Shown here piece by piece: positions 44,547 through 56,284 of a stretch of 57,927 bases of DNA. Position numbers and translations under genes: made by a program. The DNA lies in assembly GCA_035436705.1 (NCBI GenBank), contig DAOMWT010000001.1:1-57927 (forward strand), read 5' to 3'. A model generated the notes under the pieces. It was not told the origin of the DNA. It searched no databases and worked only from the letters and a program-made list of their open reading frames with translations. The first letter of the stretch is position 1. Each line of letters starts with the position of its first letter. This stretch comes from Thiobacillus sp. (GTDB taxonomy: Bacteria; Pseudomonadota; Gammaproteobacteria; Burkholderiales; Thiobacillaceae).

Positions 44547-46754
44547 TTGGCCCGCCTGCCGCTGCCGGGTTTCCCCGAGGTCAGGCGCTTTGTGCTGATC
44601 GCCGGACTGACGGCGCTGGCGTATGCGCTGGCAGGCTGGCTCAGTCTCAAGCTTGCGGCATACATTGCCGACGTGGTCGCCGCCGTCTGGCTGGCTGCCG
44701 GCATTGGCGCCATGGCGAGCCTGCGCTTTGGCGCGGCAGGCGTGGCGGGGACGGCACTGGGATCGTTCGCGATCAACAGCCTGGCCCTGTCGCCGGACGA
44801 GGCATCCAGCTTTGCGCTCGGCGCGGCTGCGGAAGCGTGGATCATCGGCTATCTGCCGCGCTACCTGCAGCCTTTCAGCGCCACCCTCGACTATGTGCCC
44901 AGTGTCGCCAAATTTGCGCTGGTGGCCGCTCCGCTGGGCTGCGCGCTAAGCGCACTGACGGGCATGCTCAGCCTCTATTTCTTGGGCCACCTGCCGGCCG
45001 ACACGGTATTGGGGGGCTTGTGGGTATGGTGGCTGGGCGATCTGCTGGGGGTGTACCTGATTGCACCGCTGCTGCTGACGGCGACACGCTGGGATTTATT
45101 GCCGACCAACAGAGGCGCACGGCTGGAAGGCCTGGTGCTGATGCTCGGCATGCTGGCGCTGACGCTGGCGATGATGGAGTACGTCGAGCCTTTGCGGCCA
45201 GCCGAAATTGTCCTGTTCGTGATGATGCCGGCGGTGCTGTGGGCCGCGCTGCGTTTTTCGGTGACCGGCGCGAGCCTGGCGATTTTCCTGTCGGCGCTCA
45301 TCGTGCTGGGCGTGGCGGTTGCCTCCTACGGCGGCCTTGCCGGTGTCGCGATACCGCGCGATGTGTTCGCGTTGCAAGTCAGCATGGTGACGATGGCGCT
45401 GGGCGGCCTGTTCGTGTCGGCCGCCCTGACCGAGCGCCGCTATTCCGAATTGCGGCTCGACATGCTGGCCAATCACGATCCGCTCACCGGCCTGCCCAAT
45501 CGCTCGTATTTCCAGGATTTCCTCGGCCATGCGCTGGCGCGCGCGCAGCGTGAAAAATCCCAGGTTTCGCTGCTGTTCATCGACCTCGACCGCTTCAAGC
45601 ACATCAACGACTCGCAGGGGCACGAGGTGGGCGATCAGGTGCTGTGTATCGTCGCCAACCGGCTGGACGAACAGCTGCGTGCCGATGATTTCGTCGCCCG
45701 CCTGGGTGGCGACGAATTCGCCGTCATTCTGACCCATGCGCCGGCCGCGCGGGCGGCCAGCCGGGTGGCGCACAAGCTGCTCCAGGCACTGGCCAAGCCC
45801 TTCAAGCTCGCGCAGCGGCGTTACGCCATCGGCGCCAGCATCGGCATCAGCGTGTATCCGGACGACGGACTCGACGCCCATACCCTGCTGCGCCAGGCCG
45901 ATCTGGCGATGTACCAGGCCAAGCATCGCCGCAGCGGCATCGAGTACTTCAGCGACGAATTGAACACGGTGGCGCAGCAGTTGCAGACACTGGAAAGCGG
46001 TTTGCGCCAGGCGCTCGAACGCAACGAACTGGCGCTGGCCTACCAGCCCAAGGTCGATCTTGCCAGCGGCCAGGTGGTGGGGCTGGAGGCGCTGGTTCGC
46101 TGGCTTCCCCGCGTGGGCTTTAGCGTCGGCTCCGAACAGTTGATCCCGGTGGCCGAGGAAACCGGCCTTATCGTCCCGCTGGGCCGCTGGGTGGTACGGG
46201 CGGCGTGCGAACAGTGGATCGTCTGGCGCGATGCCGGATGCGATCCGCCGCCGGTGGCCGTCAACCTGTCGCCGCGGCAGTTTTCCGATGTGCGCCTGAT
46301 CGACGACATCGATGCCATCCTGACGGAAACCGGAATGCCCCCCGCGTATTTGCAGCTGGAAGTGACCGAGAGCGCGGCGATGGATAACCCCATACGCAGC
46401 TTCGGCATGCTCGAGGCACTGCGCCAGCGCGGGCTGCACGTTTACATTGACGATTTCGGCACGGGGTATTCCAACCTCGGCCAGTTGAAGCGCATGCCGA
46501 TCGATGCGCTGAAAATCGACAAGAGTTTCGTGAGCGATGTGCTGACCGATAGCGACGACGCTGAAATCGTCAACGCCATCATCCGCCTGGCCCATGCCCT
46601 GAAGCTGCGCGTGGTGGCCGAAGGGGTCGAACAGGCCGGTCAGGTGGCCTTTTTGCGGCAGAGCGGCTGCGACGAAATCCAGGGTTATGTCGTCGCCAGG
46701 CCCTTGCCACCGGACCAGGTAGTGGCCTTCTTCGATTGGCGGTTCAATTTCTAG
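44547..46754 (+). CDS. MASE1-GGDEF-EAL c-di-GMP enzyme
   Basis: Multi-TM N terminus with WWLGD; HDPLTGLPNR, RADD I-site, GGDEF; EAL, DDFGTGYS, AEGVE. Confidence 0.93.
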   Translation: MARLPLPGFPEVRRFVLIAGLTALAYALAGWLSLKLAAYIADVVAAVWLAAGIGAMASLRFGAAGVAGTALGSFAINSLALSPDEASSFALGAAAEAWIIGYLPRYLQPFSATLDYVPSVAKFALVAAPLGCALSALTGMLSLYFLGHLPADTVLGGLWVWWLGDLLGVYLIAPLLLTATRWDLLPTNRGARLEGLVLMLGMLALTLAMMEYVEPLRPAEIVLFVMMPAVLWAALRFSVTGASLAIFLSALIVLGVAVASYGGLAGVAIPRDVFALQVSMVTMALGGLFVSAALTERRYSELRLDMLANHDPLTGLPNRSYFQDFLGHALARAQREKSQVSLLFIDLDRFKHINDSQGHEVGDQVLCIVANRLDEQLRADDFVARLGGDEFAVILTHAPAARAASRVAHKLLQALAKPFKLAQRRYAIGASIGISVYPDDGLDAHTLLRQADLAMYQAKHRRSGIEYFSDELNTVAQQLQTLESGLRQALERNELALAYQPKVDLASGQVVGLEALVRWLPRVGFSVGSEQLIPVAEETGLIVPLGRWVVRAACEQWIVWRDAGCDPPPVAVNLSPRQFSDVRLIDDIDAILTETGMPPAYLQLEVTESAAMDNPIRSFGMLEALRQRGLHVYIDDFGTGYSNLGQLKRMPIDALKIDKSFVSDVLTDSDDAEIVNAIIRLAHALKLRVVAEGVEQAGQVAFLRQSGCDEIQGYVVARPLPPDQVVAFFDWRFNF

Positions 46755-46912
46755 CGGACGCAGCCGCAGCAGGGCTGCTGAAACTGTACGCAATCAATCC
46801 GCCGCCCGCACCCGCTGCCCGGTTGGTTCCCGCTATCAATAACGGTCGCCTGACGCGCTTGACAATCGGGCTGCTTGCGTCGCATGCATTCCATGGACAT
46901 TCCGGACATGCG

Positions 46913-47284
46913 TCAGTACTTCGCCCCCTGGTCGATCCAGGCACCAATCATGCGTGCGTTCTCTTCCGATAGTATGGGCCCGCCGTGCGGCATGCGGATT
47001 GACGGGTCGAGCTGGCCGGATACCACCCGGTGCAGGGTGCTGCTCAAACTGGAGCCGGGGCGCACCACCGGGTTGAGCCTGGCGCCCTTCATCAGCGCTT
47101 CATAGCTGTCGAGACGCAGGCCGGACTGTTCATACCCCGGTTTGCCGGGCACATGGCACGACACACAATGGGTATCGAGGATCGGTTTGATGCGGGCCTG
47201 ATAGGTCAGCGGCCGGTCATCGCTACAGCCCGTGTGCAATACGACAGCAAGGATGGGGAAGACGGAAAGTGCTGTGCGTTTCAT
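46913..47284 (-). CDS. monoheme c-type cytochrome lipoprotein
   Basis: Lipobox-like HTGC, CVSCH, GLRLDSYE, RMP, WIDQGA. Confidence 0.85.
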   Translation of the reverse strand: MKRTALSVFPILAVVLHTGCSDDRPLTYQARIKPILDTHCVSCHVPGKPGYEQSGLRLDSYEALMKGARLNPVVRPGSSLSSTLHRVVSGQLDPSIRMPHGGPILSEENARMIGAWIDQGAKY

Positions 47285-47392
47285 GGGCGACTCCTGCGCA
47301 GGTCCAACGGGTAAGGATTCACGGCACGAACCGGGAGAGTCGTGCGCGCCAGCGACCCATTCATGGCGCGCTGGCACTGAAGACCCGCAGGC

Positions 47393-50197
<2,805 letters not shown>

Positions 50198-50293
50198 GAT
50201 GGGGTGACTCGTAAAAATGATTGATGATGAAAATGGCCGGAAGACACGATTTTACCGGAAGCGATCACGCATGGACGGGCCTGCGGGCACGCC

Positions 50294-50644
50294 TTACAGA
50301 CGAATGCCGAACATGCTCAGCAGCTTGATCGTACCGAGATAGGCCAGCGCGGTCGCGGCGCTTGAAACGGCCAGGCTGAACCAGAACCCCCAGCCGCTGC
50401 GCAGCAGAATGGGCAGCAGCACGAACAGCAGCAGCGAAGGCAGCACCAGCCAGAAAATGCCGTTGCAGAGCGCGGCGACCTTCTGCACGTCGCCGGTGTC
50501 GAGATACAGCAGAACGAACGCAAGCAGCGAAGTGAGCGGCAGGGACGCCAGCGCTGCCGCCCAGAAGGTGCTGCGCTTGGCCAGTTCGGCAATGGCGACG
50601 AGGATCAGCGCTGACAGGCCGATCTTGAGCGCGTATTGCCCCAT
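50294..50644 (-). CDS. DUF3147-like small membrane protein
   Basis: ELAKRS...LASLPLTSLL...FWLVLPSL; 4 TM segments. Confidence 0.78.
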   Translation of the reverse strand: MGQYALKIGLSALILVAIAELAKRSTFWAAALASLPLTSLLAFVLLYLDTGDVQKVAALCNGIFWLVLPSLLLFVLLPILLRSGWGFWFSLAVSSAATALAYLGTIKLLSMFGIRL

Positions 50645-50651
50645 GGGGCGA

Positions 50652-52157
50652 TCAGGCTTCGCGCCGCATTTGCGGGAAGAGGATGACGTCGCGGATGCTT
50701 GGCGAATCGGTCAGCAGCATCACCAGGCGGTCGATGCCGATGCCGCAGCCGCCGGTGGGCGGCAGGCCATGCTCCAGCGCGCGGATGAAGTCGGCATCGT
50801 AGTGCATCGCCTCCTCGTCGCCGGCCTCCTTCTGCCGCACCTGTTCCATGAAGCGCTCGGCCTGGTCCTCGGCGTCGTTCAGCTCGGAGAAGCCGTTGGC
50901 CATCTCGCGACCGGTGATGAACAGTTCGAAGCGCTCGGTGATGTCGGGCTGGCTGTCGGAGCGGCGCGCCAGCGGCGAGACTTCGGCCGGGTAGTCGATG
51001 ATGAAGGTGGGCTGGATCAAGAGCGCTTCGGTGGTCTCCTCGAAGAAGGAGAGTTGCAGTCCGCCGATGCCGTCCTGCGCGCGGTACTTCGCCTTCATCG
51101 CCACGAACTGCGCGATCAGCCAGTCGCGGTCGTTCAGCTGTTCGACCGTGTACTGGGGATTGTATTTGCGGATCGCCTCGACGATGGTGAGGCGGTCGAA
51201 CGGCTTGCCGAGTTCGATTTCGTTGCCCTGATAGACGACCGTGGTGGAGCCGGTAGCGGCGACCGCGGTGTGACGGATCAGCGCCTCGGTGTAGTCCATC
51301 AGGTAGCGGTATTCGCGGTAGGCCTCGTAGAACTCCATCATGGTGAACTCGGGGTTGTGCCGCGTCGACAGCCCTTCGTTGCGGAAGTTGCGGTTGATCT
51401 CGAACACCTTCTCGAAGCCGCCGACCACCAGGCGCTTCAGATACAGCTCGGGCGCGATGCGCAGGAACAGTTCCATGTCGAGCGCGTTGTGATGGGTGGC
51501 GAAAGGCTTCGCCGCGGCGCCGCCGGGGATCGGGTGCATCATCGGCGTCTCGACTTCGAGGAAGCCGTGGCCGGTCATGAACTCGCGGATCGCCTGGATG
51601 ATTTTCGAGCGGCGCATGAAGGTCTCGCGCGCGGCTTCGTTGGTGATGAGGTCGAGGTAGCGCTGGCGGTATTTCTGCTCCTGGTCGGCGAGACCGTGGA
51701 ATTTCTCCGGCAGCGGACGCAGCGCCTTCGACAGCAGGCGGATCGATTTTGCCTGGATGGTCAGCTCACCCTTGTTGGTCTTGAACAGGGTGCCGGCGAC
51801 GCCGATGAAATCGCCCAGATCCCAATGCTTGAAGGCGTCGTGCGATTCGCTGCCGGTGAGGTCGTTGGACACGTAGACCTGGATGCGCCCGCTCATGTCC
51901 TGCAGGGTGGCGAAACTGGCCTTGCCCATCACCCGCTTCAGCATCATGCGGCCGGCGAGCTGCACCTGGACGGCTTCGGCTTCCAGCGCTTCCTTGGATT
52001 TCTCGCCGTGTTCGTGTGCGAGCTTGCCGGCGTAGTCGTGGCGCTCGAAGTCGTTGGGGAAGGCGACGCCTTGTTCGCGGATCGCGGCGAGCTTGGTGCG
52101 GCGCTCCATGATGATCTGGTTCTCGTCTTGCAGGGGAGCGGTGTTTTCGGTATTCAT
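50652..52157 (-). CDS. lysS: lysine--tRNA ligase (class II)
   Basis: [37 protein letters not shown]. Confidence 0.97.
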   Translation of the reverse strand: MNTENTAPLQDENQIIMERRTKLAAIREQGVAFPNDFERHDYAGKLAHEHGEKSKEALEAEAVQVQLAGRMMLKRVMGKASFATLQDMSGRIQVYVSNDLTGSESHDAFKHWDLGDFIGVAGTLFKTNKGELTIQAKSIRLLSKALRPLPEKFHGLADQEQKYRQRYLDLITNEAARETFMRRSKIIQAIREFMTGHGFLEVETPMMHPIPGGAAAKPFATHHNALDMELFLRIAPELYLKRLVVGGFEKVFEINRNFRNEGLSTRHNPEFTMMEFYEAYREYRYLMDYTEALIRHTAVAATGSTTVVYQGNEIELGKPFDRLTIVEAIRKYNPQYTVEQLNDRDWLIAQFVAMKAKYRAQDGIGGLQLSFFEETTEALLIQPTFIIDYPAEVSPLARRSDSQPDITERFELFITGREMANGFSELNDAEDQAERFMEQVRQKEAGDEEAMHYDADFIRALEHGLPPTGGCGIGIDRLVMLLTDSPSIRDVILFPQMRREA

Positions 52158-52168
52158 GGTGGCTGGGG

Positions 52169-52597
52169 TCAATCGAAACGGTGGAGCGCAAAGCCGAGTT
52201 TTTGAGCGGCTTCGGCCTGTTTTTTGTCGGCGGTAGAAAATTCCGGAATGGCTTGGCGACGCGCGACAGCGAGGTGCAGCGCGTCGAGCGTACGCAAAGG
52301 CAGATCGGCGACTTCGTCCATCAGGTGGTAAGCCAGCGTCAGGTCGTCCTCCAGGAAAGACGAGACCGCGAGGGCGCCGTCCTGCACATCCAGTCTGAAG
52401 GCCTCGAGCACCTGCGCTTCGAGCTCGGTTGTTATCTGCTGGTTGCGGCGGCGTCGCGCGAGCGCGCAACGCATTTCGACAACAGTCAGCCGACTGATTG
52501 CGAGCGGTGCCCGGGCCAGGAAGAAAGCGTCAAATGTGTCGCTGCCTGCTTCGCTGAGGTAGCGCTTCACCAGCGCGCTGGTATCGACATAAATCAT
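52169..52597 (-). CDS. vapC: PIN-domain toxin VapC
   Basis: [12 protein letters not shown] in [23 protein letters not shown]. Confidence 0.92.
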   Translation of the reverse strand: MIYVDTSALVKRYLSEAGSDTFDAFFLARAPLAISRLTVVEMRCALARRRRNQQITTELEAQVLEAFRLDVQDGALAVSSFLEDDLTLAYHLMDEVADLPLRTLDALHLAVARRQAIPEFSTADKKQAEAAQKLGFALHRFD

Positions 52598-52830
52598 CAG
52601 AAGCGATCTTCACGGTCTTCGCTGATCAGGACTTCGCTGGGAATTTCCTGGAACGGCTGGCTGGCACGAAATGCGGCGAGCGAACGAAATGCTTTCTTGC
52701 GCGGTTCGACCGGCAGGATGCGCGCCACCGGCTCACCATGACGTACCACCAGCACTTCGTCGGCGTCGGCGAACATCTGGTCGGGGTGCGACAGGCCTTC
52801 TCGGGCTTCGCGGATGGTCAGGGTTTTCAT
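52597..52830 (-). CDS. Phd/YefM-like antitoxin
   Basis: MKTLTIREAR...VLVVRHGEPVARILP, acidic tail; 1-nt overlap with vapC; GGAGG RBS. Confidence 0.88.
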   Translation of the reverse strand: MKTLTIREAREGLSHPDQMFADADEVLVVRHGEPVARILPVEPRKKAFRSLAAFRASQPFQEIPSEVLISEDREDRF

Positions 52831-52853
52831 GGGCAGCCTCCAAAGGGGCAAAA

Positions 52854-52883
52854 CGTGACACAATTATAGCCAATGTGACACAT
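52854..52883 (-). promoter_or_regulatory. vapBC promoter with two GTGACACA operator repeats flanking the -10
   Basis: TATAAT (minus, 52868-52863) between GTGACACA at 52855-52862 and 52875-52882. Confidence 0.7.
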
Positions 52884-52903
52884 CGCTTGCCAGACGTATT
52901 TTC

Positions 52904-54703
52904 ATGCCCGACACCCCCTTAAGCCTGCTCAACCGCGTTTTCGGCTACCCCGCGTTCCGCGGCGAGCAGGCGTCCATCGTCGACACCGTCGCGGCGGGCG
53001 GCGACGCGCTGGTGCTGATGCCGACCGGCGGCGGCAAGTCGCTGTGCTTCCAGATTCCGGCGCTGCTGCGCGAAGGCTGCGCGGTGGTGGTGTCGCCGCT
53101 GATCGCGCTGATGCAGGACCAGGTCGCCGCGCTGCAGGAACTCGGCATCGCGGCGGCGTTCCTGAATTCGAGTCTGGACGGCGCGGCGGCCGCGCAGGTC
53201 GAGCGCGAATTCGCCTCCGGGCAATTGAAATTGCTCTACGTCGCCCCGGAGCGCCTGCTGACGCCGCGCTTCCAGAGCCTGCTCGAACAGGCCCGCGTCG
53301 CGCTATTTGCCATTGATGAAGCGCACTGCGTATCGCAATGGGGGCACGATTTCCGCCCGGAATACCTCGGCCTGTCGGCGCTGCACGAGCGCTTTCCCGA
53401 GGTGCCGCGCATCGCGCTCACCGCCACGGCGGATGCCGCGACGCGCGCCGAAATCCTCACCCGGCTCGACCTCGGCGCCGCGCGCGTGTTCATCGCCAGC
53501 TTCGACCGCCCCAACATCCGCTACCGCATTGCCGAAAAATCCGAGCCGCGCCGCCAGCTGCTCGATTTCCTCGCCGAACACAAGGGCGAAGCCGGCATCG
53601 TCTACTGCAGCACGCGCAAGAAGGTCGAGGAAACCGCCGACGCGCTGAAGCAGGCCGGCCTCGCCGCCTTGCCCTACCACGGCGGCATGGACAACGACAC
53701 CCGCCGCCGCCATCAGGAAAGATTCCTGCGCGACGAAGACGTGATCATGGTCGCCACGCTGGCGTTCGGCATGGGCATCGACAAGCCCGACGTACGCTTC
53801 GTCGCCCACCTCGACCTGCCGCGTTCGGTCGAAGGCTACTACCAGGAAACCGGCCGCGCCGGGCGCGACGGCGAGCCCGCCGAGGCGTGGATGGCGTGGG
53901 GCCTGCAGGACGTCGTCACGCAGCGCCGCTTCATCGACGAAGGCGAGGCCGAGGACGCCCACAAGCGCATCGGCCACGCCAAGCTCGACGCGCTGGTCGG
54001 CCTGTGCGAGGCGGCGAGCTGCCGCCGCGTCGCGCTCTTGAGCTATTTCGGCGAAGCCAGCCAGCCCTGCGGCAACTGCGACGTCTGCCTCAATCCGCCC
54101 ACGCTGTGGGATGGCACCGAAGCCGCGCAAAAGCTGCTCTCCACCGTCTACCGCACCGGCCAGCGCTTCGGCGCCGGCCACGTGCTCGACGTGCTGCTCG
54201 GCAAGACCACCGAGAAGATCGACCGCTTCGGCCACAGCCAGTTGAGCGTGTTCGGCATCGGCGCCAGCCAGACCGACAAGGTCTGGCGCGCCGTGCTGCG
54301 CCAGCTGGTGGTGCGCGGCTTGCTGGAAGTCGACCACACCGCCTACGGCGCGTTGAAGCTCACCCAGGCCGCCAGGCCGGTGCTGAAGGGCGAGGAAACC
54401 GTCATGCTGCGCGCCATCGAAGTGCGTCCGGCGCGCGGCAGGAAATCCCGTTTCGCGCCCAGTTCAGGCGCCGGCGTCCACGACGACGAAGATCCGCTGT
54501 TCCTCTCCCTGCGCGCCTGGCGCCGCGAAACCGCCAACGAAAAAGGCGTCCCCGCCTACGTCATCCTGCATGACGCCACCCTGCGCGAGATCGCCGCCCG
54601 CCGCCCCGCCACGCTGGCGGAACTGGGCGAGATCTCGGGGCTGGGGACGAAGAAGCTGGAAGCGTACGGCGAGGCCGTGCTGGGGGTGGTGGCGGAGGGG
54701 TGA
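52904..54703 (+). CDS. recQ: DNA helicase RecQ
   Basis: MPTGGGKSLC, DEAHCVSQWGHDFRP, QETGRAGRDG, RQC cysteines, HRDC. Confidence 0.97.
   Translation: MPDTPLSLLNRVFGYPAFRGEQASIVDTVAAGGDALVLMPTGGGKSLCFQIPALLREGCAVVVSPLIALMQDQVAALQELGIAAAFLNSSLDGAAAAQVEREFASGQLKLLYVAPERLLTPRFQSLLEQARVALFAIDEAHCVSQWGHDFRPEYLGLSALHERFPEVPRIALTATADAATRAEILTRLDLGAARVFIASFDRPNIRYRIAEKSEPRRQLLDFLAEHKGEAGIVYCSTRKKVEETADALKQAGLAALPYHGGMDNDTRRRHQERFLRDEDVIMVATLAFGMGIDKPDVRFVAHLDLPRSVEGYYQETGRAGRDGEPAEAWMAWGLQDVVTQRRFIDEGEAEDAHKRIGHAKLDALVGLCEAASCRRVALLSYFGEASQPCGNCDVCLNPPTLWDGTEAAQKLLSTVYRTGQRFGAGHVLDVLLGKTTEKIDRFGHSQLSVFGIGASQTDKVWRAVLRQLVVRGLLEVDHTAYGALKLTQAARPVLKGEETVMLRAIEVRPARGRKSRFAPSSGAGVHDDEDPLFLSLRAWRRETANEKGVPAYVILHDATLREIAARRPATLAELGEISGLGTKKLEAYGEAVLGVVAEG
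54096..54703 (+). repeat. copy 1 of the 608-bp direct repeat (3' end of intact recQ)
   Basis: Aligns without gaps to 55469-56076. Confidence 0.95.
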
Positions 54704-54750
54704 GGGCGCTGTTCCGCTCAGAAGATTCAGCCCGATTCCTGGCGGCCAGC

Positions 54751-54786
54751 TTGACTCCGTTCATATTGTTGTCAAAAATGCCAACA
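54751..54786 (+). promoter_or_regulatory. probable leaderless promoter and operator of the DUF6516/HTH pair
   Basis: TTGACT-N17-AAAAAT, ATG 6 nt later; inverted repeat TGTTGTCA-N4-TGCCAACA at 54767-54786. Confidence 0.6.
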
Positions 54787-55067
54787 TGAAGGCCGAACTG
54801 CTCAAGCAGCACCGCCAGCGCCTATCCAACGGCGGGCTGGTCGAGATGAAAATATGGAAGCTGCATTGCCCGGTGCCGCCCTGCGACCATGCCTTCAAGT
54901 ATCGCCTGGTCTATATCCTGGATGGCAAGCGCCTCGTCGGCTTCGACAATGAGCGCGGCAAGGGTGACCACAAGCATCTGGATGGGAAAGAGTCCGTATA
55001 CCGATTTGTTTCCATCGACCAACTGCTGGACGATTTCCTGGCAGAAGTGGAAAGGAGAGTTGAATGA
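54786..55067 (+). CDS. DUF6516/TumE-like putative toxin
   Basis: H.FKYRL.Y...G.R..GFDNERGKGDHKH...Y.F.SIDQLL.DF; ATGA-coupled to an HTH gene. Confidence 0.78.
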   Translation: MKAELLKQHRQRLSNGGLVEMKIWKLHCPVPPCDHAFKYRLVYILDGKRLVGFDNERGKGDHKHLDGKESVYRFVSIDQLLDDFLAEVERRVE

Positions 55068-55426
55068 AAACCGCCGTTATCGAAATCAATCCCGATTGGA
55101 AAGCCGCGCTCAGAGCGGGTGCAAAAGGCATACGTCAGGCCGCCAAATCCGGGCGCGCCCAGCAATTCACCTTCAGCTACGCCAGCCCCGAACTGCTGTT
55201 CTCGGAAATCAGCCCCAAGCGCTGGGGCGTGCTGGAAGCCATGAGCGGCGCCGGCGAAATGAGCCTGCGCGAACTTGCCCGCAGGCTGGAACGCGACGTC
55301 AAATCCGTACACCGCGACGTGCATGCCCTGCTGGGAACCGGGCTGCTGGAGAAAACCGAGAGCGGAAAAATCGTATGCCCGTTCGACAAGGTTCGGGTTG
55401 ATTTCACGCTGGCGCAGGCGGCTTAG
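55064..55426 (+). CDS. winged-helix DNA-binding protein, putative antitoxin
   Basis: SPKRW..L....G.MSLRELARRLERDVKSVHRDV..L...GL. Confidence 0.82.
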   Translation: MKTAVIEINPDWKAALRAGAKGIRQAAKSGRAQQFTFSYASPELLFSEISPKRWGVLEAMSGAGEMSLRELARRLERDVKSVHRDVHALLGTGLLEKTESGKIVCPFDKVRVDFTLAQAA

Positions 55427-55468
55427 TAGCTATTCGAAAGCAGTATGGTGTCTGACCCTATTTCTACG

Positions 55469-56076
55469 CGCCCACGCTGTGGGACGGCACCGAAGCCGCG
55501 CAAAAGCTGCTCTCAACCGTCTACCGCACCGGCCAGCGCTTCGGCGCCGGCCACGTGCTCGACGTGTTGCTGGGCAAGACCACCGAGAAAATCGACCGCT
55601 TCGGCCACAACCAGTTGAGCGTGTTCGGAATCGGCGCCAGCCAGACCGACAAGGTCTGGCGTGCCGTGCTGCGCCAACTTGTGGTGCGCGGATTATTGGA
55701 GGTCGATCACACCGCCTACGGTGCGTTGAAGCTCACCCAGGCCGCCAAGCCAGTGCTGAAGGGTGAGGAAACCGTGATGCTGCGCGCCATCGAAGTGCGC
55801 CCGGCGCGCAGCAGGAAATCGCGCTTCGCACCCAGTTCGGGCGAAGGCGTCCACAACGACGAAGATCCGCTGTTCCTCTCCCTGCGCGCCTGGCGCCGCG
55901 AAACCGCCAACGAAAAGGGTGTCCCCGCCTACGTCATCCTGCACGACGCCACGCTGCGCGAGATCGCAGCACGCCGGCCCGCCTCGCTGGCGGAGCTGGG
56001 CGAGATCTCGGGGCTGGGGACGAAGAAACTGGAAGCGTATGGGGAGGCTGTGCTGGCGGTGGTGGCGGAGGGTTGA
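55469..56076 (+). pseudogene. recQ: second, 5'-truncated recQ fragment (winged helix plus HRDC); copy 2 of the 608-bp repeat
   Basis: About 44 substitutions versus 54096-54703 by manual count, mostly synonymous; frame intact; no RBS seen. Confidence 0.93.
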
Positions 56077-56139
56077 CCGGCGCTTGTTTGGTTGCCTTTG
56101 CTGGGCACGACAACCAACTACGACTGACTGCAGCCGGCC

Positions 56140-56228
56140 AGAAGCGGAAGCCGGCGACCGGAGCGCGTAACGCGGAGGGAACCTGCAAGCTGCGCTTGCA
56201 GGGCGTCCGGTTGACCGAGAGGGTATGC
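56140..56228 (-). other. degenerate integron attC site with R' end lost
   Basis: Minus GCATACC-CTCTC-GGTCAACCGG...CTGCAAGC-GCA-GCTTGCAG...CCGGTCGCCGGCTTCC, downstream of the cassette ORF. Confidence 0.72.
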
Positions 56229-56284
56229 CTCGGTGGTTCCGCACCGATTTGCATACAGGGAAAGGACCACAGAAGAACTGGCAT

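Noticed and set aside
55555-56076. 173-aa ORF as an independently expressed HRDC protein
   Set aside because: The start is an internal GTG of the recQ copy with no RBS or promoter, and homology begins 86 bp upstream; treated as a gene fragment.
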